Part shown: positions 38,076-49,861 of the stretch, in pieces
How positions within the stretch are numbered: the first letter of the stretch is position 1
Layout: every line of letters starts with the position of its first letter
Assembly: GCA_012026655.1 (NCBI GenBank)
Contig: JAAILG010000043.1
Span: 1 to 64,000 of the forward strand
Direction: 5' to 3'
Length of the DNA stretch: 64,000 bases
Source of the DNA: Hydrolagus affinis
Taxonomy: Eukaryota
Notes under the pieces: generated by a model
What the model saw: only the letters and a program-made list of their open reading frames with translations
What the model was told of the DNA's origin: nothing
The model's database searches: none
Translations under genes and position numbers: made by a program

Positions 38076-41022
38076 GTAGTGGATGTTGGCGGCAATATGG
38101 ATGTGGAGTGGAGAATGTCGAGTTCCACGGTGGACAAAGCACACAGTTGGAAAGGCAGATTTTTTCAGTGGCATAGCAAGTCTTCATAGGTAACGCAATG
38201 GGAACTAAAGGTTTCAATTGCATTACCTGTTTGGTGATGGAGGGAAGGTTGTGTTTACAGCTTTCGCATTCAAGCAAGAAAACAATGTTTGTACAACCTT
38301 TACAAATCTAAACTTAAACGTCAGCCAAACTTCATTCCACTGAGGTTATATCAATGAGAAATGTTTCTCAGTTTAATTTTAACTGCAGTTTCTTACTAAA
38401 CTGCAGAGTTTAAAGAAAAATTGACTGTTCAGTTACATTCAGCCTTCAGATGTAGACACTGGAGGAAAAGAACAATAGGCTCTTGAGAAAGGGTAATGTT
38501 TCTCAGAACCAAATGTATGAGTCTGTAAATGATAGTGATTGAAGTTGTATGTTCTTTAGTCATACCCATTGTGTCTAAAAGAGTATTCGAGCATAAACAA
38601 TTCTATTGGTACAGCTGCATAGTCTGTCTGTCAAACCCCAGTTTCAATAACCTAAGGTGGTATACTAGCCAGAAAGGAATCCACATATCACAGCAAAGGA
38701 AAATAGATTTCTGGATCATTTTGATAGGAATTCTCCTATAATGAACAGTTCATTCTGCTAAAATATTGAAAAGGTAATGATTTTATACATTCCTGAGATA
38801 CAATGTGCCCCAGTTTCCTCTTGTCCTTTAATAAAAAGGAGAAAAGCCTACTGAACAATCATTTTTAATGAAACACTATTGAAATTGCAGGCATGCCTAA
38901 CATTTTAAAATGCTGTTAAGCAAGAAAAGTGATTTGATTGCCATTTAACGAACAAGTCAATATATGTAAGGAGAAACTTGATACACTCGGGAGAAAGGAA
39001 TAGAGGGATATAGGAGGGGTTGAGGCTTATTTGAGGTATAAGCACTGACACAGAGAGTGGGTTGAATCATCTATTTCCACGTTGTTTTGTTCTATGAAAC
39101 TCTCAGTAAGAGCCAATGTTGCAGCACCTGCAAAAATACATATTTTACACTTCATAGTAAGTTGACGTGGGGGACATTCAACATGAAGAGATTCAACTGA
39201 AAATTGACTGAAGGCAATTTTTCAAGGAAGCTGGGTGGGACAGCAGCGCCATGATATTTTTCTTGGACGAGCTCAGTCCTCAAAAATGAGACAAATCTGG
39301 TTTTAATAATAATAATAATCCTTGTACATGACCAACTACATCAAAGCTATCCTCACCAATTGCTCAACCACTTTTTCCACCTTAAATTGTGTACAAAATT
39401 GACTTTGCCTTACATCAACTGCCTGCATGCATCACTGCATTTCCATGCCCTTTTTCCCCCTTCCCAGCTCTGCATGTACAAAGTCTGTAACGAGCCCCAC
39501 ACATACGCCTGAAGAAGTGGCATTGTCCCTTGCCAAATAGTTGCCAACGGTGCGCAGTAAAATGCAGTCTCCACAGCTCAATTAGTCCCTTTGTTAGCTT
39601 TAAACACCAATTTGTCTCATTAGGAAGCCACTTAAGATTGGTACACCATGTGCTCCACGATTGGCTGCACATATTTCGATAAGCCTTAAAGGAAATCCAT
39701 AACCTGGTGCTCACTCTCAGCTCTTCAAACTCACTGTGCTGTGGTCCGTTACTTTTTAAAAACACTCATTTTCGTTCATTACTCTGTTTTACCGACAGCT
39801 GCGGAAGTTGGATCTGATGTTCCTGTGTACTGTTCAGGTCAAGGCAGACTGAAGGCAAATACTCACTCATCAATGTGCCTTCTCAACTGTGCATTGCTTC
39901 AGGCCCTGTTCCTTAATGGTCTAACAAGCCTTAACAAGTTAAATTGGCCACCCATTTTGGTGAAGGTGTTAACTCAGATCTCTGAGAAGTAGAAATTGTG
40001 AGATTAGAGTTGAACTGGATCATTAATTTTTTGGTAGGGAGGATTCTTCTGTCACTGTTTTACAGACTCTGTTTTATACTTGTGCTGTATTTGCTAGATT
40101 TAATGATTACAAAAATATCAACCAATGCACTTTCCTCTGGAAATGATTCAAATAGTATCTCGAAGTTCTAGTAACAAACATTTTACAGTCTTCATAAAAG
40201 GGGCATTATGTTTTAATGGTGCAGTCACAGAGTCGTTACATGATTATATTCAGTACCAATGTTAAGGTTACAAAATGGTGCACAGTTAAACTTGTTTGTC
40301 TAACATATGTGTACTTAGAGAGCAAAATGGCCTACAAGTCTCCCCAATAAATAAAAGTATATCCTGTGAAGTGTTTTGAGATATTCTGTTGATTGTTTTT
40401 TTTAAAAATTGATTATTTATTAAAATATATTTGTGAAGCACTTTGAAACATCTCAAAAATGTGATAAAGACCTATTTCAAATTTGAGCGTTATTATTTAT
40501 GTATCTATATCAAATACAAGGGATTTTATTATTTTTGAAGTGGCTGTAAATCAGTTGTTGAAAATGACCAAAGGTAAAGCTGATAGCACAGGGGTCTAAT
40601 TTGCGATATTCACAAACCAGATTTGATGTGCTATTTGGTTGCAAGTATCAAAAGTCGTATTATGTACTCATCTTACCAGACTTGTATCACTTTTTTAAGT
40701 TGGTATTTCAAACCTGTCAATATTTTAAGAATCTTAAAAGTTGTATCAGAGAGCACATTTCAGACTGTTCGGAGTGATTTAGGCCATTGTTTTATATTTA
40801 TATCTGTTGTGCCTTCTTAAGTCTGGCGCAAAATTGCATTGATATGTCCCACTTTTGCACTTGGTTTGATTTTTGTTATAACTAAAATATGTTATTCAAT
40901 GTAATTGTTAAAAGTATTATTTTAGAAGAAGATTACACGGAAGCAACTCTAGCTATCTCTGACACCTACTTCACCTTGTATCCTGTGTGATTTTTGAACT
41001 TGGGGAATTTTACATATATATT

Positions 41023-41691
41023 GTGGAGTCCTGTAGCTCAGTTAGAGCATTCGCCTTGCAAATGAGAGAGACCTTGGTTCAGTTCCCAGGAGGGTGAAAC
41101 CTTTGGCAAGTTTCCTTACTCCACACAGTAATAATAATCCCTCAAAAAAAGCAATAATAAATTGATCGTTTCAATCCATGACTGTTTGTGGGACACTGCT
41201 GTGTGCAATTGGCTGCCACATTTCGCCCACAATTACACAGTCAATTAACTTTACAGTATATTCCGTGAAGCTAGTGTCCGGCGATATGGAATTTTTCCGA
41301 TACCGATATATCACATTGATATATACCGATATATCGTTATCACCAGGTTTTTTTATCCTGTGTATGCGCGTGCATTCCGATATGCGTGCTCTACGCCCAG
41401 GAGGTTTGCAATGCCGGCGACAAGGTATGTTGAAAAAGTTTGTATTATACCAATATAACCGATATATCGCCGGACACTATATACCAATGTTTTGTGATAT
41501 ACCGTTTTTTACACCGAATTTTTCGATATACCGATATATTCAAATTTCCAATATCGGCATATCAATATGAAAAATTATATTGATATAACTGATATATCGA
41601 TATATCGCCGGACACTAAGTGTAGCATTTTGAGATGCCTAGAAGACGTGAAAAGCGCTATATCAAATGCAAGGATTATTATTATTATTATT
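41023..41691 (+). mobile_element. Dominant SINE interrupted by a MITE
   Basis: SINE consensus breaks after CCGTGAAGC (41271) and resumes with ATTTTGAGATGCC after 41625. Confidence 0.88.
41272..41617. mobile_element. Non-autonomous hAT-type DNA transposon (MITE, 346 bp)
   Basis: Perfect 16-bp TIRs TAGTGTCCGGCGATAT / ATATCGCCGGACACTA; 8-bp TSD CGTGAAGC / AGTGTAGC (6 of 8); subterminal ACCGATAT repeats. Confidence 0.88.
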
Positions 41692-42514
41692 TGCTCTGCT
41701 CTTGTTCCAGGAAGGTGCCAACTTCTTAAGAAATCAAGAATTAGCAATTCGATAATCAAAACTTTACATTGCAAACTGGTGCATCAAATCCAGGTTGCGG
41801 AAACAGCATCTCATGGTCCCAAATGTTGCTTTGTCATAAAAATAAATGAGCACAATCTTTTATCAGCTTGAAGGATACTTTTCAGACTGTTATATAATTC
41901 TCAGTACATATTGTTATTTCATATCTGATCAACTTCATTGACAGTCCTCAGCCTGGAATTGAACACAATGGTTACTATCAGTTCTTTAAGGTTAGTAATC
42001 TTACTTATTAGTGGTGTTTGTGCAGGTTTTTCCTTTATTGCTTTCCCTAAAGTCTATTGAATACTTTTTGGAGATGTCTAATGATCTCTCAACTAATGAT
42101 TTTCTTTGCCAAGCAAATTATTGTGACACTAGATTGATACTGTGACTCATGGTACAATACTGGTGATAAATTCTCTTGAACAAGCATGTTAACATTTACA
42201 GAAAAATCCCCTTGGCTTATTTCCAAAGTAGAGTAATCACATTTGTTTATTTTCTTGTCTTAAACCTTCATTATTCCAGTAACAACTTAAGAGGTTTGCT
42301 TGCACCCTATGTGTTTCTGACCCAGTCAGACTATAAATTAACTCACTGTTAATACATATTAAAGACACTGTCTATGGATCCCAAAATAATCAATGGGAAC
42401 AAGGTATTTTAACGTGTGTCCTTTTCATTTCCTCGTCTTTATGTTTACTCCTTTCATCCTTAACTGTCCACTTACCAAACCCAGATCCAGAACAGCACAA
42501 GTTGTCACTTCATG

Positions 42515-42868
42515 TCACCAGTTTACGAATAAAATTCCCAGCAGTCGTAGGCGAGCTAGTGAATGAAAGACAATGCAGGTGCGAAAGGGATATGGAGAGA
42601 TCACGTTTTTACATCGGAAGATATTGCAGCTTTCCTTCTCACTCGCAGTAGATGCACATGGAACTGTACACAGAAAGTACACTTGCGTTCTCAGGCCTTC
42701 CTTCCTCTTGCCTCTGAATAATGCTGCGAGTAGATAATGCTGATGACCAGGTCTTCTAAAACCCAGAGATGTTTCCGGTATTGCAGGCAGATCATCACCA
42801 TGGAATCCATAGCAATGATCAAGCCCAGATAAAAAGACAAATAATATTGCTTTTTGTATCTGGGCCAT
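42515..42868 (-). CDS. Hypothetical 117-aa ORF in a candidate exon (42476-42887)
   Basis: True ATG in unique sequence, flanked by a strong acceptor and a G|GTAAGT donor; hydrophobic N-terminus; RR and GKR sites. No homology recognised. Confidence 0.22.
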   Translation of the reverse strand: MAQIQKAILFVFLSGLDHCYGFHGDDLPAIPETSLGFRRPGHQHYLLAALFRGKRKEGLRTQVYFLCTVPCASTASEKESCNIFRCKNVISPYPFRTCIVFHSLARLRLLGILFVNW

Positions 42869-43109
42869 CTAGTTGGGTGATCTATAACTAAGAGTGAAGA
42901 TAAAGAGAGCAGTAAATGGGATGCTAGGTTTAAAGCTATTAATTGCCTATGGCCAGGGCACTCTTAAGCCAAATAAAAGTTCCAATGTAAATTTGGATAG
43001 GCTGGAGATTAGACCTACGGGGCAAAGAGAGGGCACAAGCCTATACCTTACATGACTCCAGGATCATGGTCTTATTCATCATCCTCTCAAGAGAGAAGTA
43101 GATGAGTAT

Positions 43110-43220
43110 TTGCTGAAGACAAGATTGCAGGGCTATGGAGAAAAAATGGGCCAGTGGGACTGAGTTGGACAGCACTTTTCGGAGCCAGCACAGGGCTGAA
43201 TGGCTTCCTTCTGCACTGAA
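43110..43220 (+). mobile_element. CR1 3' tail fragment; similar tails near 33325-33430, 38960-39100 and 62740-62860
   Basis: GGGCTGAATGGCTTCCTTCTGCACTG-type CR1 3' end. Confidence 0.65.
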
Positions 43221-43643
43221 TGGTCCTTTGATTCTTGGTAATGCACTAGAGTTGTTAATTACCCACTGGGTAAAGCTTGGAACTCATCTAAGAATGCTTA
43301 GGATTGGGAAATCTTCACTAGATATATGCCTATTGTGTTTCTTGCATCATTTGAACCACTCCCAAATTATTCCCTCCCTACAGAACAATAGATGATACGT
43401 GCTAGATGTTCGCACTTACGATTTGTTTCATGTAACCTCATCCGGAAGCACCCACATTTTCCATATTATAATATGGAAATATGTTGCTATGTTATAGGAA
43501 TACAATTCCACCAAATATATAATATATATATTTATACACACACAAAGATGCCAAAATAATAACACTAAGCTGTGTACTTGATATAGGCTTATAGTGTCAA
43601 ATGCCTCAGGGGGTTCAGAAAGTTTCTGTGAAGTGTACTGACT

Positions 43644-43969
43644 AGAGCTCCTGTGGCTCAGTGGTTAGAGCACTCAGTTTACAGGTGTGAGATGTGTGGT
43701 CGAATCCGGGCAGATCCGGGTGAAACCGGGGCAAGTTTCCTTACTCCACACGCCTAATGATAATCCGTCCAAAAAAAACACAACAATAAAAATTGGTCAT
43801 TTTCAATCCACGACTGTTTGTGGGACACTGCTGTGTGCAATTAGCTGCCCTGTTTTGCTCACAAATATACAGTCACTTCTCTTTATGGTATATTCTGTGA
43901 AGTGCTTTGAGACGTCTAGAAGATGTGAAAAGCCCTATATCAAATTGCAAGGATTATTATTATTATTAT
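43644..43969 (+). mobile_element. Full-length dominant SINE
   Basis: Head with A/B boxes through to the (ATT)n tail. Confidence 0.88.
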
Positions 43970-45548
43970 TTGGAGGTAAGCAGAGCAACTAACTTGCATA
44001 GTTGTTTCCCATTAACAGTCATGATGTCAATACACAAATAATAATCCTTTTTATTAATGTGTCGTATATTGTGTCAACATCTCAAAGCGATTCACACATA
44101 ATGTAACGGGAAGTGTTTTGTGGGTGAATGCAAGAGCATATTTGTACGCAGGAATGTTCCACAAAGAGTCATGGAATGAGTTGTGATCAATTTTCTCTAG
44201 AGTATTTTTGACTGAGACCTTGCCGAGACTCCCCTCCCTTTTTGAATGCCATAAGATCATTTCTCCCACATATATTTATATAGTCGATTCACTTTACAGT
44301 ATATTCCGTGAAGCACTTTGAGCTATCTAGAAGATATGAATAGCACTATATCAAATGCAGGAATTATTATGATTATTATTATTATTAACATCCACCTAAA
44401 CTGGTAGACAGGACCTTGGCTTAATGTCTCACATGAAGGTCAACCCCTCTGACAATGCAGTACTGCCCTAGCAATGTGATTGGAGTGCCATCTTAAACCA
44501 TGAGCTTAATGCCCTGATGTGGTCTTATGTTTAATACGCTGAGCCACATGTGAATAGAAATGAAAGTGGCCAAATTACTGCAAAGAAAGTCACAGGGGGA
44601 GCTGGTGGAATTGAAAGCAAAGACTCAAAAGGAATATTGTGAGTCTGTAAACTGCGAGTTGACAACCTTCTGGTTGTCAATCTGCAGTGCTCTGTGAAAG
44701 GAGGCACAATGCGACTGAGTGAAGTCCCAGTTTATTTCTCGAATGATCTCGTAACTCGCAAATACTTTCTAAAGGTATTCCTCACCAGCAGAACAAACTT
44801 CTCCCCCCCCCCTCATTGTGTGTTGCGGCAGGTGCTGAATGATTTTCTTTAAAATATCGGATTTATGGGTTTTTTTCTTTCACGATGAAGGGTGCTCTAA
44901 TATTTCCTATTATGTCACCTGAACTGTCTCTCTCTCTCTAAAAACAAAACGAGCTTTATGTGGTAACTGAGATGGAAAAAATTCTAAACAGGTCTGTGTA
45001 TTGACGTGAAATGACTCAACACTTTATTTGCACCTCTTTGAAGCCTTTTGTTTCGAGACTATGAATCATTGGATGATTAATAGGCCAATCTCCAGAACAA
45101 AAGAGAACTAGTTACCTTGAACAACTGGGATCGACTGTTTTAAGCATGGAGAATTTACTCATAATCATATCAGAAATGAGGAGAAAATACGTACACGAGG
45201 ATTTCATCATGCTCTGAGCACTTTAACCCGAATAGTTCTTGTGGGAGTAACATGTAATTCTAAAACTATTCAAGAGCTCAGATTAAATCTTTTATACAGT
45301 AATGTACAAATGGTAAAATAAATAACCCTCCCCTTCATATGTGGAGGGGAATGCCTCAAAGTGCTTCACGGGATTCATGGTAAAGTGCAGCAACTGTGTA
45401 TTTTGGAGGCAAACACGACAACCAAATTGTGCATTGCAATGTCACACAAAACTGTGACTTGCCACACAAGTCACCAACTGTTAATATTCAGTACGCTGGG
45501 AGAAACACCCATCTCTTTTCAAATTGTATCAATAGGATATTTAATGGC

Positions 45549-46190
45549 AACAAAAACAGAAGTCTGGAAACACTCAGCAGGTCAGGCAGCATCTATGGAG
45601 AAATGAAAAGTGAATCAACGTTTCGGATCCTTGACCCTTAGTCAGAACTGTTTGGAAGGAGAGGCTTTTAAGGATTAACAGAGAGGGGAGAGGCACAGCA
45701 AGGAAGACAATGGAGAAAATGGGGTAGAGGGCAGGAAATGATTGTTAAAGAGGTGTTAATGTTGTGAAACAAAAGGGGGGAATTGCAACAAAACTGGAGA
45801 GAAGAGGTGTTAATAATGATAAAACAAAGAGGGGTGACATTTCCAAAGATCAGATGGCTGCAGAAGAGGGGGAAGATGAGCTGTTATGAGTTGAAATTGT
45901 TGGAATCAATATTAAAGCCAGAGGGCAGTAAAGTCCCTAGCAGATGGATAAGGTGCTATTCCTCGAGCTTGCGCTGAGGACCATTGGTTTCGTGCCATTT
46001 CAACTCTCCTTCACACTTGCAGTCTGACCTCTCCATCCACAGTCCCCAATGCAGTTCCAATGAACCGTCATGGACCCAAAACGTTGACTCACTTTCCTTT
46101 CTCCATAGATGCTGCCTCACCTGCTGAGTGTTCCCAGTGCTTTCTGTTTGTGTTTCAGATCTCCAGCATCTGCAGTATTTTGCATTTTTT
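45549..46190 (-). mobile_element. Truncated, rearranged Penelope-like retroelement (GIY-YIG C-terminus, inverted pLTRs)
   Basis: Minus 45884-45979 encodes PQRKLEE*HLIHLLGTLLPSGFNIDSNNFNS*; plus 45981-46066 encodes PLVSCHFNSPSHLQSDLSIH; pLTRs at both ends in opposite orientation. Confidence 0.85.
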
Positions 46191-46419
46191 TAAAATAGAT
46201 AATGATCACCTGAACAGGCAAACCGAACCTTTGTTTAACGTCTCATTTGAATCACGGATTAAATAGATACTTTTATTCTGCAGCTTCCCTTTAAAGCAGC
46301 AGTATTCTTTATATCTACCTTTGCCCCCCAGCTAAACACAAATCACAGTATAAGCAGAGAATGAATGAATTGGAATTTAGTGGGTGCCACCCATCTATCA
46401 TGGAAAGTTTAATACGTAA

Positions 46420-46720
46420 TTGCTTATTTTGGCAAAGCATTCCATACTCTTAACAACTCTATGTGAAAATGTTTCTTCTCATCTACGCCATTACCACTTC
46501 CCTCAGTGTTCACTCTTCCTGAGTTAATTCTCTCCCATTACCGATTTGCCGGGCAGCAAAAATAATATTTTATCTATTCATCCCCTCAAAACCATTCACA
46601 ATATTAAGGATCTCCATTAGATCTTCTCCTAACGTTTTCTATTCCAATGAAAATAGTCAGTAGTTGAGTCTACCTTTGTAACAATAAATCCTCTCATCTC
46701 TGGAATCACCATAGAAAACT
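46420..46720 (-). mobile_element. Degenerate CR1 fragment; others near 49150-49540(+) and 59450-59930(-)
   Basis: CATTCCATACTCTTAACAACTCTATGTGAAAATG and similar CR1 ORF2 3' motifs. Confidence 0.55.
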
Positions 46721-46789
46721 ATGCTGTAATCTTTCCATAGCTCTGAGATTTATGGTTTGTCTTTACACAGAGCATGCTGAAGACAATAT

Positions 46790-47127
46790 CATAATAATAA
46801 TAATCCTTGCATTTGATAAAGCGCTTTTCGCATCTTATCGACATCCCAAAGCGCTTCACAGAATATACTGTAAAGTGATTTGACTGTATATTTCTGGGCA
46901 AATCACGGCAGCCAATTGTGCACAGCAGTGTCCCACAAACAGTCGTGGATTGAAATGACCAATTTTATTATTGTGTTTTTTTTGGACGTATTATTATTAG
47001 GCGTGTGGAGTAGAGAAACTTGCCCAAAGTTTCGCCCTGACCTGCCTGGATTCGAACACAGGTCTCCCCAGCTTGGTCTCCCCAGCTTGCAAGACAAGTG
47101 CTAACCACTAAGCCACAGGAGCTCCAC
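46790..47127 (-). mobile_element. Full-length dominant SINE with a 14-bp tandem duplication (47061-47088) in the tRNA head
   Basis: GGTCTCCCCAGCTT twice in tandem. Confidence 0.9.
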
Positions 47128-47454
47128 GACAAGTGGTGAGCATTGATGGAAATTCTAGCGAGATACAATTAGGTGGAGGATTTTAGTGATGATAGGTGAT
47201 TTTGCATTTTAAGAGTAGTTTGACAAAATATACCTTTACAACATTCCATATGTTAAGAAGTGTTCTACTCTAGAACTGGGAAGATATGCGCTTGTGACCT
47301 GTATTCCACTACTTCTATGTAATAATCTTGGTATTAAAATGCTTGGGTGTTCATATCCAATAAAATAGTCACACTTCCAACTGTCTGCTCTGAAGAGAAA
47401 ATTCTGTAAGTCATGCCTGGGTATTACTTGATATAAATACCATTTTGAAAGCTA

Positions 47455-48686
47455 TTTCAACCTGTCCCTCATCCGGGACTGTTCCCATTGCCTTCAAAAC
47501 CGCCACCATCACCTCCATCCTAAAAAAAAACCTTTCCTAGATGCATCGCAGCTATCTAGCTACCAGCCCATCTCCAACCTCCCCTTCCTTTCCAAGATAC
47601 TTGAAAGAGTGGTTGCCTCCCAGCTCCGCACTTTCCTCACACAACACTCACTCCTCGAACCCCTCCAATCGGGTTTCCGTGCCTCCCACAGCATGGAAAC
47701 TGCACTGGTCAAGGTCACAAACGATATCCTGACTATCTGTGACCAGGGCTCCTCATCCTCTTCGACCTATCAACTGCCTTTGATACCATGGACTATGGTA
47801 TCCTCCTCCACCCTCCTCAACCTGCAAGGATCTGTCCTCGAATGGTTCCGATCCTATCTTTCCCACCACTTCACTTCGTCTCTTCCAACGGATTCTCCTC
47901 CAGCCCCTGCACAGTCACATGCGGTGTTCTCCGGGGCTCTGTCCTTGGCCCCCTGCTCTTCACCCTCTCACTCTCCCCCTGGGCGACATCATCCGTAGAC
48001 ATGGAGTAAATTTCCACATGTACGTGGATGACACCCAAATCTACCTATCCGCATCAACCTTCGATTCCAGGACCACTGGTGTTCTGACTGGATGTCTGTC
48101 GGACATTGAGAACTGGATGAGGGCAAATTTCCTACAACTCAACGTCATCAAGATGGAAGCCCTCCTGATTGGCTCACGTCAGCGTCTCCGCACCTCAGGC
48201 GCTGACAACATCAGCGTTTAAGGCTGCTCTCTCCACCTCTCGAAGCCAATCAGGAATCTGGCCATGTTGTTCGACCCCGAACTATCCTTCCTCCCCCAGA
48301 TCCGCTTCATGACTGGCACAGCCTTCCATCACCTCCGCAATATTGCCGGACTCCACCACTACCTCACCCCCCATGCCGCCGAAACCCTCATCCATGCCTT
48401 TATCACTTCCAGGCTCAACTATAGGAACTCTCTGCTCGTCGGCCTCCCCAGCTCCTCCCTTCACAGGCTGCAGATCATTCAGAACTCTGCAACTCGTGTA
48501 CTCTCCCATACCAGGCTTCGCGACCACATTACTCCCACCCTCGCCCGTCTCCACTGGCTCCCCCCACCCACCCACCCACCCACCCACACCCCCTTCCCCC
48601 CGCTCGGGTCCCAACCAGACTGTTCAGCTCTTTGGGATGTCCTCCTAACGTGAAAAACGCTATATAAGTGCAATTTTGTTGTTGTT
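47455..48686 (+). mobile_element. L2-clade LINE, frameshifted RT fragment
   Basis: QSGFRASHSMETALVKVTND, GSVLGPLLF, FHMYVDDTQIY; (GTT)n tail. Confidence 0.93.
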
Positions 48687-49542
48687 TCAGAGTGGATGTC
48701 TCAGGACCATTTGAAAGTTTCAAGAATTGAAAGATAGTTGACATATTGTAGTTGCAAACATTTCAAAAAGACTTGGTATTCATATTTATCCCAGAAATTC
48801 TGGATAACATATGGAATGTTGTAAGGATACATTTTGTTCAAAGTACTGTACTCTTTTAAAATGCAACAGGAGTTCACATTTTACCCAATATTTCTAATAT
48901 ATACAGTAACAGATAATTTTTATATATAGAAAAGATAAGTAGTGCTTGATAGTTAGCAGATTTATGATTCACCCAAAATTTAAGATAAGAGTTAATCCTT
49001 TAACTCCTAACCTTTAACTGCAAGAAAATAAAAGAGTAATATTCTCAAATGGGGAACATAGCAAAGATTTCTGAAAATTTTGGTACCACCACAGACATGG
49101 AAACTAAACCTCAGAGATCAACATCTATTTTGAAATTGTAGTTTACAGGCAGGAAGCCGAACAGTGTATTACCGGTAATCTACATTTTGTAATAGTGGAG
49201 AGAGATTTATGGAGATTGTGGAAAGTTGGCTGAAATCATCAGCACAGTATGTGCTGGCAGTGATAAAAAGCAAATAAGATTTTGCTGTGTAGCTAGAATG
49301 CTAGAACATAGTCATAAGAGGTGATACTGAACTGGGATAGAGCCCTAGTTTGGCTGCACCTGAAGTACTGTATACAGTTTTGTTGCTACATTACAGTGGG
49401 GTGGGTGCAGGGAAGGGCAGCTGGATTTGTAGGGTGGAGCTGGGATTGAGCTAGGTAACAAAGAGAGGTTATGAAAGTAGGGAAATTGCATACAAATGAA
49501 GAAAGGGCTCAGAGGGGAACATTGCAGTTTAAGATGTTAAAT

Positions 49543-49836
49543 GTCTTGTAGCTCAGTGGTTAGAGCGCTCGCCTTACAAGTGAGAGATCTGAGTTTGATT
49601 CCCGGCAGGGTGAAACCTTGGACAAGTTTCCTTACTCCACATGCCTAATGATGATTCCTCAAAAAAAATTGGTCATTTCAATCCACGACTGTTTGTGGGT
49701 CACTACTGTGCTTAATTGGCTGTGGCGTTTCGCTCACATATATAGTCAAGACACTTTACAACATACTCTGAAATTCTTTGAGATGTCTAGAAGATATGAA
49801 AAGCATTATATCAAATGCAAGGATTATTATTATTAT
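49543..49836 (+). mobile_element. Full-length dominant SINE
   Basis: TAGCTCAGTGGTTAGAGCGCTCGCCTTACAAGTGAG head and (ATT)n tail. Confidence 0.9.
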
Positions 49837-49861
49837 GAAAGATGTAGACAAGCTGAGCCTA

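Noticed and set aside
47541-48744. Cluster of ORFs suggesting an RT gene
   Set aside because: Frameshifted, truncated L2 relic, not an intact or domesticated gene.
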